A DNA stretch of 60,445 bases from a virus (taxonomy: Duplodnaviria > Caudoviricetes). Where the stretch lies: positions 1-60,445 of IMG/VR virus record IMGVR_UViG_3300036985_010229. One strand, 5' to 3'. Positions within the stretch are counted from its first letter, which is position 1. Every line of letters begins with the position of its first letter. The notes below the pieces were generated by a model. The model was given only the letters and a program-made list of their open reading frames with translations. It made no database searches and was not told the origin of the DNA. The translations under genes were made by a program, and so were the position numbers. Of this stretch, positions 46,462 to 55,861 are shown one piece after another.

Positions 46462-46584
46462 TCATTCCTTGCGGGTTGCCTTTTCCACGACCTCAAGCAG
46501 CCTTCGTGAGACCCACAACCAGCCCCACCCACCCATGAACCCCGCGAACAGCAGCGCGAACACGACGACGCAGAAATAGGTCAT
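46462..46584 (-). CDS. small membrane protein (40 aa)
   Basis: MTYFCVVVFALLFAGFMGGWGWLW..., ATGA overlap. Confidence 0.45.
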   Translation of the reverse strand: MTYFCVVVFALLFAGFMGGWGWLWVSRRLLEVVEKATRKE

Positions 46585-47042
46585 GGCTTCTCCCTGCACG
46601 CCTCGCGCAGCAGTTGAGCGATCCCAGGCGCACCACCCATCTCGGACGTGTGCGCCACCGCCAGCACCGCCGCTCGTAGGTTGCGCAGTGTGGCAAGCTC
46701 ATCGAGTATCTGGTGCCGAAAGGAGGCTGCCTCGGCCTCGTGCAACTTCGCCTTCACGTCGCGCAGTTCGGCGCGGAGGGCGCTCATCTCTCTGGACATG
46801 CGTTCTGCCGTGCCAATGACTGCGCCCCAAGAATCGCCCGGCTCCGGCTCATGATCGAGCACGTTTTCGACGAAAGCTATTATGTTGCGAAGATGGAGGT
46901 TATCTGCGCGCATCCTATCTCGCTCGCCCTCCGCATCGCACAGGGCACTGCGCAGGCCACAGGCTTCAACATTGCCGCAGCACCAGCCGGATTCGGCCTT
47001 GGTTCTGGCCCCGTCGATGCCGCACTTCTCGCACGCCCTCAT
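46581..47042 (-). CDS. Zn-finger + coiled-coil protein
   Basis: CEKCG...WCC....C; C-terminal LRAAVL...LREAC.EKP module. Confidence 0.55.
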   Translation of the reverse strand: MRACEKCGIDGARTKAESGWCCGNVEACGLRSALCDAEGERDRMRADNLHLRNIIAFVENVLDHEPEPGDSWGAVIGTAERMSREMSALRAELRDVKAKLHEAEAASFRHQILDELATLRNLRAAVLAVAHTSEMGGAPGIAQLLREACREKP

Positions 47043-47176
47043 CGCGCCCTCCACGCCGCCCTGCGCTCTGCGCAAGCCCATGATGAAGTGCATGCTCGGT
47101 AGGCCGTCCCGTGATCGAGCACCAGATGCACCAGCGTCCACGCGCCGCACAGCCCGCATCGTCCACACGTCGTCAT
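47039..47176 (-). CDS. small Cys-rich protein (45 aa)
   Basis: MTTCGRCGLCG...C....C; ATGA overlaps at both ends. Confidence 0.45.
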   Translation of the reverse strand: MTTCGRCGLCGAWTLVHLVLDHGTAYRACTSSWACAERRAAWRAR

Positions 47177-47427
47177 TTCGTCTTCTCCAATAGGGTGCAG
47201 CCCTCCTCGACGTACCCTTCCTCGTCAGGGAACCGCACAGCGTCAGGGTGGGTCTTCAGGTAGGCCGCTCGTCGCTCGTCGGACCGTCGGTTGCCCTCGG
47301 CCACGCTAGCGTCCCACTCGGGCGTGCCATAACGAGGACCTCCAGGAAATCCAAGCCTCGCCATGATGCCCTCGATCCCGTCCGCCAGAATGCTGCTCGG
47401 GTCTTTGGGGCTGCCTTCAGTGCTCAT
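47173..47427 (-). CDS. hypothetical protein
   Basis: GAGGAG SD, 84 aa. Confidence 0.55.
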   Translation of the reverse strand: MSTEGSPKDPSSILADGIEGIMARLGFPGGPRYGTPEWDASVAEGNRRSDERRAAYLKTHPDAVRFPDEEGYVEEGCTLLEKTK

Positions 47428-47600
47428 TGGCTCCTCAATCTGTGCGTCGAGACAGCGTCCCGACTGCCTGTGTGCCACCCCGCCCGCGATTGGGGTGAGC
47501 ACGCCTGGGGCAGACAGCTTTGCGCATAGACTATCCCAAACACGAACCACACGAGGCGGCTCGGTGGAGAGGGACAGTCGCAGGGACGGTCACTCACCGA

Positions 47601-48038
47601 TCACCCTCGCAGTGGGCACCAATCAGGTGGTGCCTCACATAGATTGACCAGGGCTTTGGCTTCGCGGTGTCGGCACTCTGCAAAGCCAGGAAGGGCACTG
47701 TCACACCCAAGACAGTAACCACACGCGCCGCACGTCTGGATCACCGGCAGCCGTAGTTGCGACCGCCCACGCGCCTCCGCAGCGGCAATGGCCCCACGTA
47801 GGACCTCCAGAGCGTTGCTCGGCACGACCCCACCAGTCGAGCGTTGTGGCTCGACCTCGACACCACACACCTCGTCGATCGCATGGGAGAGGGCGTTGCG
47901 CTGATCGGCCAACGGCTCCCAGGCGCGAAGTGCCTCTGCAAGCTCAGCACGCAGCCCGTCCACGTCGGCGAGGGTCGCAACGGCGTAGGCACCTCCCTTG
48001 TGGTGCTCGACGAGCTTCGCGTAGCGTTCGGGTGTCAC
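47601..48038 (-). CDS. coiled-coil + Cys-cluster protein
   Basis: LPVIQTCGACGYC...C...PPDWCPL. Confidence 0.55.
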   Translation of the reverse strand: MTPERYAKLVEHHKGGAYAVATLADVDGLRAELAEALRAWEPLADQRNALSHAIDEVCGVEVEPQRSTGGVVPSNALEVLRGAIAAAEARGRSQLRLPVIQTCGACGYCLGCDSALPGFAECRHREAKALVNLCEAPPDWCPLRG

Positions 48039-48304
48039 GGCACTTCCTCGGTCCACTCGAAGGCCATGCCCGGCCACGCGCCCCAATCCTTGGGATCCTC
48101 TGGTGCGAGGTCGGGCGCAGACGAGTCATTCGACTTCGTCCGAAGGTGCTCCAGCGTGTACTTGGGGTTGGCCTTCGCCGGGAAGTCGGAGGGGATCTTC
48201 TCCTTGTCCTGGAGGTGCTTCTGCACGATCTTCAGCACCTCACCACGGGTCAGTACGATTCGGACTCTCACGGGCTTCCTTTCGGCGGGGGTTCGGTAGG
48301 GCAT
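48035..48304 (-). CDS. hypothetical protein
   Basis: 89 aa, coupled. Confidence 0.55.
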   Translation of the reverse strand: MPYRTPAERKPVRVRIVLTRGEVLKIVQKHLQDKEKIPSDFPAKANPKYTLEHLRTKSNDSSAPDLAPEDPKDWGAWPGMAFEWTEEVP

Positions 48305-48313
48305 GGGCGACCT

Positions 48314-49081
48314 TCAGAGCTTGGGAAACTCGCGAACTCGAAGAGCCTCGGGCCACTCCTCCATGTCGCCGCCTGCGCTGTCCTTCACGGGGAAGGGCGC
48401 TCCGTCCTTCACGGGGAACGACCCCAACTGCTTCACGAACGGGGCTGCCCCGTCCCGACGGCAGATCGAGATCGCGTCGCTGGCCCACCTCAGGTCGAAC
48501 TCACGACCTGGCGCGCTCTCGCCGCCAATGATCACCCAGTCGATCCCGACAGCAGAGCACTTGATACTCGGGTGCTCCAGTGAGCCGACAGCAGGCTCGT
48601 AGGAGACGAACTTCACCCGTGCAGGCACCTCACGCAGGACGCTGACTCGCTTGTCCCACCAGAAGGCGTCCTCGGCGCTCACTCCGAGCCACACGTTGGG
48701 GTAGCCGTCACCCCAATCTGCCGGGAGGTGCGAAGCGATCCGCCCATGCCGCTTGGTCAAGATCTGGAAGATCAGGTCTGGGCACTGCTTGATAATCCCC
48801 CACGCCTCGTCCCGCCATTCGTCGGCCTCCGCAATGAAGAAGTCGGTCCACGACGCGAGGAACACCATGCGCTCGGTGCCACCCGCAGCAGCCTCACGCT
48901 GCCACCGGAGCGGACGATTGAACGTCTTCGCGGACGACCGAACGACGACCTCGGGGTTCTGCCCGAAGCGCGCCTTGTCGCGGTACATATAGCAGTTGTC
49001 GCAGCCGGGCGAGACCTTCTGACAACCCTGCCAGGGGTTGTACGTCTTCGCCGTCCAAGCAATGCCAGTCGTGTCTCCCAT
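48314..49081 (-). CDS. DUF5131 (phage Gp37/Gp68) radical-SAM-like protein
   Basis: T.I.WT..T.NPW.GC.KVSPGC.NCY, FQILTKR, NVWLGVS.E, FVS.EP, IDWVI.GGES, F.KQLG, REFP. Confidence 0.9.
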   Translation of the reverse strand: MGDTTGIAWTAKTYNPWQGCQKVSPGCDNCYMYRDKARFGQNPEVVVRSSAKTFNRPLRWQREAAAGGTERMVFLASWTDFFIAEADEWRDEAWGIIKQCPDLIFQILTKRHGRIASHLPADWGDGYPNVWLGVSAEDAFWWDKRVSVLREVPARVKFVSYEPAVGSLEHPSIKCSAVGIDWVIIGGESAPGREFDLRWASDAISICRRDGAAPFVKQLGSFPVKDGAPFPVKDSAGGDMEEWPEALRVREFPKL

Positions 49082-49088
49082 GGACCCC

Positions 49089-49769
49089 TTACGCTTTCTG
49101 GTTGGCCGCGACGGTCGCTCGAAGTTCGTCCCGCTCAGCCTCTACGAGCGCGAGTTCCTGGTGCAGACGCTCTACCGCGAGACGGGCTTCGTCTCGGGCC
49201 TTCTCGACGGCGTGCTCGTACTTGCCGATCGAGAGGGTCAGGTTCCAATCTTCGTCGGCCCACGAGATTGCGACGGTCATGCGGTTCCGCTTGTCGGGCG
49301 GGCCGTGCTGTAGTTCATTGCGAAGCAGCAGGGTTGCCTGCTCGACGACCCATGTCGCCATGTCCTGGACAGCAGGGCGCTCGGGGAGACTCTTCCACCG
49401 GGGCGTGGTGTGGGCGTCCTTGGGTCTGAAGGGGCGGAGGAAGTCCTCCAACTTGGACAGCGTCTCCACCAGAGCGTCACGCTCCTGAGTCACGGACTCC
49501 AGCTTGGCGTCGTGCTCCTGCATTTCGAGTTCGACCTCACGCTTGACCATGCGCTCACGCCAGTCAGCGGTCGCAGACAGGGCCTCGTCACGCTCCTTCT
49601 CGGCAGTCGCGAGAGACAGGCGTGCCTTGGCGCTCTCGGCGCGCTCGACAACGAGGGCAGCCTTGAGGTCGAGCACTGCACGCGAAAGCGGGTCAGGCTC
49701 CGGCGCGTCCTCACACGCCTGGTGGACGAGTTCGTCGATCTCGGCTTCACGCTTGGGAGTCAGTTCCAC
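49089..49769 (-). CDS. coiled-coil protein
   Basis: Long heptad repeats; start uncertain. Confidence 0.6.
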   Translation of the reverse strand: MELTPKREAEIDELVHQACEDAPEPDPLSRAVLDLKAALVVERAESAKARLSLATAEKERDEALSATADWRERMVKREVELEMQEHDAKLESVTQERDALVETLSKLEDFLRPFRPKDAHTTPRWKSLPERPAVQDMATWVVEQATLLLRNELQHGPPDKRNRMTVAISWADEDWNLTLSIGKYEHAVEKARDEARLAVERLHQELALVEAERDELRATVAANQKA

Positions 49770-50194
49770 AGCTTCACCCACCTCTGCTTGTCCGCGTCCC
49801 ACCGGCACTCACGAGCGAGTCGGTTGAGGTCTTCGGTCGCTCCCGGCGTCCCCGCAGGCACCGCCACCCACCCTACTTGCGGAGGGCTCAGTCCAGGGCC
49901 GAACACAGCCCAGAAGCCGTACTCCCTGCACTCAGCGGTGCCTGGGTACTCGCCGGTCCACCGGATCCGACGCGAGTCCCACTCAGCGTCCCACTTTTCC
50001 TCCATGGCCTTCGTGGGGCCGGTGGCGTAGACGTTGGGGTGCTCGACCTCCAGCGTGTCGGGGTCCATGCCGTTGACGACGTAGATACACGGGCAACTCA
50101 TGGCCTGTCCGCCGCAACGGGGACACCGCTCCATGTCGCAGCCGCCGAAGTGGTGATCGCCGGGCTTCGTTCCGCAGTCGCCGCAGTTCCTCAC
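49760..50194 (-). CDS. Cys-rich conserved phage protein
   Basis: CGDCG..PG..H..GCD.ERCP.CGGQ..SC.C ... WTG.YPG..EC.E.G.W ... EDLNRL. Confidence 0.7.
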   Translation of the reverse strand: MRNCGDCGTKPGDHHFGGCDMERCPRCGGQAMSCPCIYVVNGMDPDTLEVEHPNVYATGPTKAMEEKWDAEWDSRRIRWTGEYPGTAECREYGFWAVFGPGLSPPQVGWVAVPAGTPGATEDLNRLARECRWDADKQRWVKLWN

Positions 50195-50448
50195 AGGGTC
50201 CTCCCTCGCTCGACGCAGTTCAGGGCTGCTCGGTCGTAGTTGGCGTGTGCGATCCTCAAGGTGTTGGCTGCCCGACGCCACGAGAGCCACGGCTCGGGAG
50301 CGTCATGCTCCCCCCAGCCCTCGTCGGGGCCACGACCGCACTCACGGTCCCGCCGCTCGCGTGCTTCCCGCTCCCTCGTCCGAGAGATCTGTAGCTCGTC
50401 GGAGCAAGCCGTGAGCGTGATCAGGAGGTCTTCGTTGGAGGTGTCCAT
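50191..50448 (-). CDS. hypothetical protein
   Basis: 85 aa, GGCGTAAG upstream. Confidence 0.55.
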   Translation of the reverse strand: MDTSNEDLLITLTACSDELQISRTREREARERRDRECGRGPDEGWGEHDAPEPWLSWRRAANTLRIAHANYDRAALNCVERGRTL

Positions 50449-50457
50449 GCCCGACCC

Positions 50458-50805
50458 TTACGCCTCGCGAGGGCCGCAGAGCTTCCGCCAACCGGCGTTC
50501 TGGCGCTTGATTGCGAGCACGTCGTCCTTGCGGAGACCTCGGATCATGGGGGGCTGCACGGTGTAGCCGTCACCCACGTCCACATGAGCGAGCGTCAGCG
50601 GGCTCGCCTTCGTGACGACGTAGTGGGCGTAGCCGTCGGCCACGTTCCACTTGCAGTGGACGCCGACGATCTCACCCTCCGGGAGTGCCGCCTCAGCGTC
50701 GTCGATCTGCTTCCAGAAGGCGCGCTCGGCCTGGATCGAGGTGTCAAGGTCCGACCAGTTGATCTTCGGGGCAGCGGCGAACGGCTTGGGTGCGAGCTTG
50801 GCCAT
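50458..50805 (-). CDS. conserved hypothetical phage protein
   Basis: VADGYA.Y.V......L.H...GDGY; promoter and SD upstream. Confidence 0.7.
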   Translation of the reverse strand: MAKLAPKPFAAAPKINWSDLDTSIQAERAFWKQIDDAEAALPEGEIVGVHCKWNVADGYAHYVVTKASPLTLAHVDVGDGYTVQPPMIRGLRKDDVLAIKRQNAGWRKLCGPREA

Positions 50806-50823
50806 GTTGTCTCCTCGCCATTG

Positions 50824-50849
50824 AAGCGATTGGGAGACACCACTTTTCA
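50824..50849 (-). promoter_or_regulatory. bipartite promoter TGAAAA-N15-CGCTT
   Basis: Motif copy. Confidence 0.8.
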
Positions 50850-50865
50850 CGATTGGGTCAGCGAA

Positions 50866-51320
50866 TCACTTGAGCAGACTCAGGACGTGCTCGACAGCCG
50901 AGTTGATCCCCTCGACCGACCGCTCGAACCAGAAGACCTCGCCCTTCTCGCTGCCCTTGAAGACGACGAGCTTCACGGGCGCGACCACCCGGCCCCACTC
51001 CAGTTCCACGGTGAGTGTGGTGCCGTCGGACAGGCTCTCCACGGACGTGTGGCAGACCCGCTCGTCCTTCTCCGTGAAGTGCGGGCACCACCCCTCATAG
51101 CAGTAGCCATGCGAGAACCACCCCTTGCTCCCCCCCAGCCGCCCCTCAGCGACGTGTTCCTCGACTCGGAGGTAGACAGGATCGGTCGCCTTGTACTCGG
51201 CCCAGGCGGCGTCACGGGCGGCCTGCCAAACCTTCTGCTCTTCCCGTCGGACCTGCTCGTCCGGAGCGACCCAGGACGCCTCCCGTTGTCGGTGCTCAAG
51301 ATCGGCAGGGGGAGAGTCAC
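50866..51320 (-). CDS. hypothetical protein
   Basis: Open frame in the 50866 ORF; the start is uncertain and 51320 is approximate. Confidence 0.4.
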
Positions 51321-51979
51321 ACGAGGGGGTCCGTATCGGATTGAAAGGCTTGGACCTCTTCGCGAGTCGCGATCCGCCAGACGATCGCAAGGGACTTCTT
51401 GCGAGTCAGGCGGCGCTCCTCAGTCTGCTTGACCAGACCTCGGGTCACGAGCCTCGGGCGCTGAGCGGTGACGGTGTTGAGCTTGATCCCGGTCGCGACG
51501 CTGATCTCGTCGTCGGTGGCAGGCCCAAGGTCGAGGTAGTTGAGGATCTGGTGGTCGAGCGGTCCGAGCGGGCCGAGCTTGTGCGGCTTGCCCTTTGGCC
51601 TCGGGGGCGCAGGCACCGGGTTGTCCACATACACGAGCACTCGGGCCGTCGAAGCGCCGTCGGTCACGCGACGCTCTCCCTTATCGATCACCCAGCCCTT
51701 GCGCTCCAAGGAATGCAGACGGGCCGACGCTCGATTGTGGTCCCAACCAAGTCGAGCCATGAGTTCTCTGACGGTCAGCCCCTGAGCCCCCGCCTGCCGG
51801 TACTGCTCGCGGGCTTGCTGTTCGAGGGCCGTCACACGACCCTTGAGAGCCTCCCCTGCGAGGCGGCTAGTCTCTTGGGGAGCGACGGTAATCACCTCAC
51901 CGCCCGGCCCACGCATTGGCCCCTTGGCTGGCGCTGCTGGCTCCTCGTCGAAGAACCAGTCGAGGTCGGGATCAGCCAT
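51317..51979 (-). CDS. tandem winged helix-turn-helix DNA-binding protein
   Basis: Two repeats: GLT..EL...LG...N.ASARL..LE.KG.V...GERR.T, and AT..EI....G...NTV...R..LV..GLV.....R.T. Confidence 0.75.
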   Translation of the reverse strand: MADPDLDWFFDEEPAAPAKGPMRGPGGEVITVAPQETSRLAGEALKGRVTALEQQAREQYRQAGAQGLTVRELMARLGWDHNRASARLHSLERKGWVIDKGERRVTDGASTARVLVYVDNPVPAPPRPKGKPHKLGPLGPLDHQILNYLDLGPATDDEISVATGIKLNTVTAQRPRLVTRGLVKQTEERRLTRKKSLAIVWRIATREEVQAFQSDTDPLV

Positions 51980-52229
51980 TATCACCCCCACACTGCTGTT
52001 GGATCAGGCTCACGAGGAGTGGGGCAGTCTCTGCGTCGATCACGAACGACGACTCCCACTCTTGACCGTTGACACGGAGAATGACCCCGACCCGGAACCT
52101 ACCTGGGCGACTTGGAATGGGCTCGCACAGGAGGCGGCTCGTTCCACTGAGGTCGGTCCCGAGATTGATCGCCCGTCCGAGCGCCTCTGCGTTCCAGAGT
52201 GGTCCCACATAGCCTGGGTCTTGAGTCAT
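51972..52229 (-). CDS. hypothetical protein
   Basis: GCGTAAGGGGAG upstream. Confidence 0.55.
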   Translation of the reverse strand: MTQDPGYVGPLWNAEALGRAINLGTDLSGTSRLLCEPIPSRPGRFRVGVILRVNGQEWESSFVIDAETAPLLVSLIQQQCGGDNG

Positions 52230-52236
52230 GCTCCCC

Positions 52237-52464
52237 TTACGCTCCTCGGCTGATCCGGCGAATGACCTCGACAGCGAACTTCCGGCCTGCCTCGTCGGCG
52301 TCGGCACGGACGATCTTCGTCAGGGCTATGGTCGTGTACATGAGCGCGGTGCCCAGCCCCTTCGCGGTCGGCTCCCGCAAGGCGGACGCCGCAGACGCAA
52401 GGTCAGCCGTGGCCTCGTGAATGAGCACCGTCCTGTGACTGACGAAGATCCCGTGCTTGCCCAT
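52237..52464 (-). CDS. hypothetical protein
   Basis: 75 aa, GGCGTAAG upstream. Confidence 0.55.
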   Translation of the reverse strand: MGKHGIFVSHRTVLIHEATADLASAASALREPTAKGLGTALMYTTIALTKIVRADADEAGRKFAVEVIRRISRGA

Positions 52465-52479
52465 GCCACCCCTTACGCC

Positions 52480-53715
52480 CTACCAGGAGGAGAGGTGGAC
52501 GGTGAGCCCGTTCTGAGCGGCCCACTGAGAGAGCACGTTGGCTTCGGGGCCAGTCGCTTTGCGGTTCATCATGCCGCGAGTCTGCACGATCATTTTCGAG
52601 GCGTTGCGGACCTCGACCGTGAGCGCGTGCCAGTTCCCGGAGTTGTCCTCGCGGGTCATGCTCCAGATCGAGGTCATGCCGCTCTCGATCGAGCGGTTGT
52701 ACGAGTAGACGCAGTGCCGGTTGTTGCGGCCTTCGCGGGCAAGCTCGATACCCGTGAGGATCTCGCTGATACGCCAGATCTCGACGAGTCGGCCTCCCCT
52801 CGGGTTCTCCCGCGTGTAGTCGAACTCCCCTGGCGCGAAGCCGGAGGGGTTGAAGACGTGGCCGACCTTGCCCTTCGCTGCCTGAAGCTCCCCGTGCCAC
52901 TCGGCCATTGACTCCAGCAGCGCGTTGGCCGACCGCCCCTTCATTGAGAAGGTCGGCTCGACACCCCGGCGGTACCGAATGAAGTCCACGAGAGGGCCGA
53001 CCTCTGCCCGGTCGAGCATGGGATTCCGGGCGAGGAACTCCAGGACCGACGCCCAGAAGATCTCACTCCTCTCTGACTCGATCTCACTCCCCACAGACGT
53101 GCCCAACCACGCCCGCCACAGGCTCTCGTCGCCGCCACAGGTGCGGACCTGCACTCGACGCACGGCCTGAAGGAACGTGACCTCCGACGACGAGGTCAGC
53201 ACCTCGTGACACATTTTCCGAGTCAGTGGCACCGGCAGCCCACCGGTCTTGACCTCCTCGTAGAAGGACGCCCCACTCGCGACACTCACCACCACGTCCA
53301 CCAGGCGCTTACGGAGCCCCACGTTGCCCTCAAAGAACACCGACCACACGAAGGGGGGCGTCTTGAACTTGGCGAATAGGTGCTCGGCCAGGGACCGGAA
53401 GAGCGTCTCCCGACCCTTGCCACGGGGTTCCCAATCTTCGAGAGGGCGAAGCCAGCGGTGGCGAAGATTGTGGAACTCGCCGACCGCCTTGGCGTAGTCG
53501 GGGCTGTCCAGGAGGCGGGGCGCGAGCTTCGCAACCAGGTTGCCGGACTGCGTCAGGGTGGCCTGCTTGTCCCTGTAGGTGCGGAGCGTGCGCTCAGCGA
53601 CCTGAGCCTTCGTCTCAGCGTCCTTCTTGAGCTTGGCGCGGTACGCGGCCCGCTGAGCGGACCGTTCCTCGGCCTTCTTGCGAGCCTCTGCTCGCTCTGC
53701 TGCTGTACTCGACAT
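52480..53715 (-). CDS. PcfJ-domain protein
   Basis: C-terminal EL..EG....HCV.SY......SIWS.....TVEV......Q.RG..N. Confidence 0.8.
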   Translation of the reverse strand: MSSTAAERAEARKKAEERSAQRAAYRAKLKKDAETKAQVAERTLRTYRDKQATLTQSGNLVAKLAPRLLDSPDYAKAVGEFHNLRHRWLRPLEDWEPRGKGRETLFRSLAEHLFAKFKTPPFVWSVFFEGNVGLRKRLVDVVVSVASGASFYEEVKTGGLPVPLTRKMCHEVLTSSSEVTFLQAVRRVQVRTCGGDESLWRAWLGTSVGSEIESERSEIFWASVLEFLARNPMLDRAEVGPLVDFIRYRRGVEPTFSMKGRSANALLESMAEWHGELQAAKGKVGHVFNPSGFAPGEFDYTRENPRGGRLVEIWRISEILTGIELAREGRNNRHCVYSYNRSIESGMTSIWSMTREDNSGNWHALTVEVRNASKMIVQTRGMMNRKATGPEANVLSQWAAQNGLTVHLSSW

Positions 53716-53722
53716 GGGTCAC

Positions 53723-54001
53723 CTAGTCACGATCTCTTACGCCGCTGCCGCCGCAGGAGCCACACCGAAGGGCTGCGTCCTCGCCGCCGCCTGAGCCGCC
53801 GCAGGACGGGCACTCGCCGTCGTCCTCTTCGGTACACTCGACCTCGATAATCTCCGTGGAGTAGGCGACGCCCTCGTTGGTGTCTGCGATCTCGGAGGGG
53901 TCCTGCCCTTCCACGTCCTCACGCGCCTCGTCCTCGTCCTCTGCCTCGACGGAGACGGTGTACTGGCGGGTGATCAGGATCGTCACGTCGTACTTGTTCA
54001 T
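53723..54001 (-). CDS. acidic small protein with DnaJ-type zinc-finger motif
   Basis: KYDV.I......V.VEAE.E.EA, then CPSCGGSG...CGSCGGSG. Confidence 0.65.
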   Translation of the reverse strand: MNKYDVTILITRQYTVSVEAEDEDEAREDVEGQDPSEIADTNEGVAYSTEIIEVECTEEDDGECPSCGGSGGGEDAALRCGSCGGSGVRDRD

Positions 54002-54043
54002 GGGAGGGGCTCCAGCGGGTTGAGCGACCTATCTGCACCCATG

Positions 54044-54069
54044 AAGCGATTGGGACGGTGCCCTTTTCA
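54044..54069 (-). promoter_or_regulatory. bipartite promoter TGAAAA-N15-CGCTT
   Basis: Motif copy; its spacer is nearly identical to the copy at 41864. Confidence 0.8.
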
Positions 54070-54082
54070 CGATTTGAGAGAG

Positions 54083-54382
54083 TCAGATCGTGTCAATGTT
54101 ACGTCCGCAGATCAGACAGCGCCGGTCGTAGTAGGGGTAGGCGTCGTGGTCGTTGAAGACCGGGTGGGGGCAAGACTCGACCAGGAGCCTGAGCCGGGTC
54201 TTGGCGTCCTCGTAGGCTTGCTTGAGGCTTTCGACCTCGGCCTCGGTCGTTGAGATATGGTCCTTGAACTCCCTGCACGGGAGGACAGTGACCGGGGTTG
54301 GCTGCCCTACTACCAACTCCCCGCCCCTCGGGTATTGGGGACCGAGCGTGTAGCCAATGATCGGTGAGGGCGGCTTGGGCAT
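54083..54382 (-). CDS. small zinc-binding protein
   Basis: CPH......C.ICG. Confidence 0.55.
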   Translation of the reverse strand: MPKPPSPIIGYTLGPQYPRGGELVVGQPTPVTVLPCREFKDHISTTEAEVESLKQAYEDAKTRLRLLVESCPHPVFNDHDAYPYYDRRCLICGRNIDTI

Positions 54383-54384
54383 GG

Positions 54385-54759
54385 TCAGTCGATCCTGTAG
54401 TCAGGGCCGATCGGGACGAGCGTGACGAACTTCGGGAGAGGACTCCCGCCGCACAGGGTCATTCTCGTGTCCTCCCGCTGGAGGATCGCAGACCACCCCT
54501 CGTGAGCGAGCTTCCATGCAGCACGAGCCTCAGGGTCCATTTCCCCGTTGGCGTCCGTGGGCGGACGTGGCGGGCAGGACACCTCCCGGTAGAGCACGCC
54601 CAGGAACTGGCAGTCATAGATTGAGAGGGAGGTTGGACCTTCTTCGATCTCGGCCTGCTTGCCCTCAGGCAGCTTGAACTCGCCCCACAGCCCCGCCTCC
54701 CCGCTAGGAGACGGCGGGGCTTGGAGGAAGATCGTCGGCCCACCGAATGACCCACTCAT
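54385..54759 (-). CDS. hypothetical protein
   Basis: 124 aa, tight packing. Confidence 0.55.
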   Translation of the reverse strand: MSGSFGGPTIFLQAPPSPSGEAGLWGEFKLPEGKQAEIEEGPTSLSIYDCQFLGVLYREVSCPPRPPTDANGEMDPEARAAWKLAHEGWSAILQREDTRMTLCGGSPLPKFVTLVPIGPDYRID

Positions 54760-55323
54760 TCAGTTCAGGTCCTGCGACGTGGGGGGCGGCTTCACAGCGG
54801 CCAGGGCGCTCTCCAGGTCCGAGAAGAACTGAACGGCCCAGGAGGTGGGGTCGCCGAGAACACCGCCCTCCACAGCACGCTCGGCAAGGTACTCGGCGAA
54901 CGTGGGGTGAGCCTCCTTGAGCACTTCGAGCACTTCCCCCCAGGCGAAGTTCATGTCGATCGTGTCCTGCTCGTACACCCAATCGGACCGGTCGAGGGCC
55001 AGCGCGAGCGTGTACGACAGAGCCACAGCCACCGAGCACTGGGCGATCGGCGAAGTCTGATTGAGCATGACGTGGACGTGGTGGTCCTCCTGGCAGAACT
55101 TCACGAGGAAGTAGTTTGCGTCCTCGCCGACGTGCCCCAACTCGAAGAAGAGTTGGGTCGTCCGGAGTTGCGTCGTGCGCCCGTCCTCCAGGGAGGACAC
55201 GACCCCGTAGGGGGTGTTGCCGCCCCAAAAGACGCCGGGTGAGTCACCCATGTCTTCGAGCAGTTCACCCTCGTCGTTCAGGTCGTCTCCCGAGAAATCA
55301 CTCCAGTCCTTGGGCTTGCTCAT
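54760..55323 (-). CDS. acidic hypothetical protein
   Basis: MSKPKDW..., ATGA overlap. Confidence 0.6.
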   Translation of the reverse strand: MSKPKDWSDFSGDDLNDEGELLEDMGDSPGVFWGGNTPYGVVSSLEDGRTTQLRTTQLFFELGHVGEDANYFLVKFCQEDHHVHVMLNQTSPIAQCSVAVALSYTLALALDRSDWVYEQDTIDMNFAWGEVLEVLKEAHPTFAEYLAERAVEGGVLGDPTSWAVQFFSDLESALAAVKPPPTSQDLN

Positions 55324-55835
55324 AGGCTCTCTTTCACGATCTCGTGGCCGACCACTCGCAGCCCCTGTGCTTGAAGCTGCTTCTCCCAAAAGGACTTCAT
55401 ACCGATCCTGTTGAGGTCCGAGAACAGCCCGAGTGACACGGCGTGGTCCGTGAGCGCAGCGAACACCTGACGCATTGGGTGGTCCGAAGCCACGAACTGC
55501 TCCTTGCGGTGGAGGATCGGGGGGTTCCCCTCGCCGTAGTTACGCACCACGACGGCTCCCGAACCCATGTCCACCGTCCACGCCCGACGAAGCGCCGGGA
55601 ACCCCTCTTCGAGGAAGTTCGGGTACGAGAGCAGCGACACCTTCGTGCCGTCCTTCGCGAACTTCAGGAGGTCATGCTCCGGGTTGCCCGCAAGCTCGAC
55701 AGCCCGTGCGACGGCTTGCTGAGCTTCGACCGGCAGGAGCGACAGCGCCGACTTGTGGACGTACACAGCGTCAGGGAGCTTTTTCCCGAGCTTGAACTGT
55801 GCGACCGCGAGACTCAGTGGATTGCGATTGGCCAT
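55320..55835 (-). CDS. stand-alone non-catalytic domain of the DNA phosphorothioation-associated putative methyltransferase family
   Basis: GKKLPDAVYVH.SAL, VSLL.YP.F....FP.L..AW.VD, NPPILHRKE.F+...HP....FA.LT......GL......IG....W...L...G. Confidence 0.75.
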   Translation of the reverse strand: MANRNPLSLAVAQFKLGKKLPDAVYVHKSALSLLPVEAQQAVARAVELAGNPEHDLLKFAKDGTKVSLLSYPNFLEEGFPALRRAWTVDMGSGAVVVRNYGEGNPPILHRKEQFVASDHPMRQVFAALTDHAVSLGLFSDLNRIGMKSFWEKQLQAQGLRVVGHEIVKESL

Positions 55836-55861
55836 GATTCACCCCCACCCCTTCACCTAGT

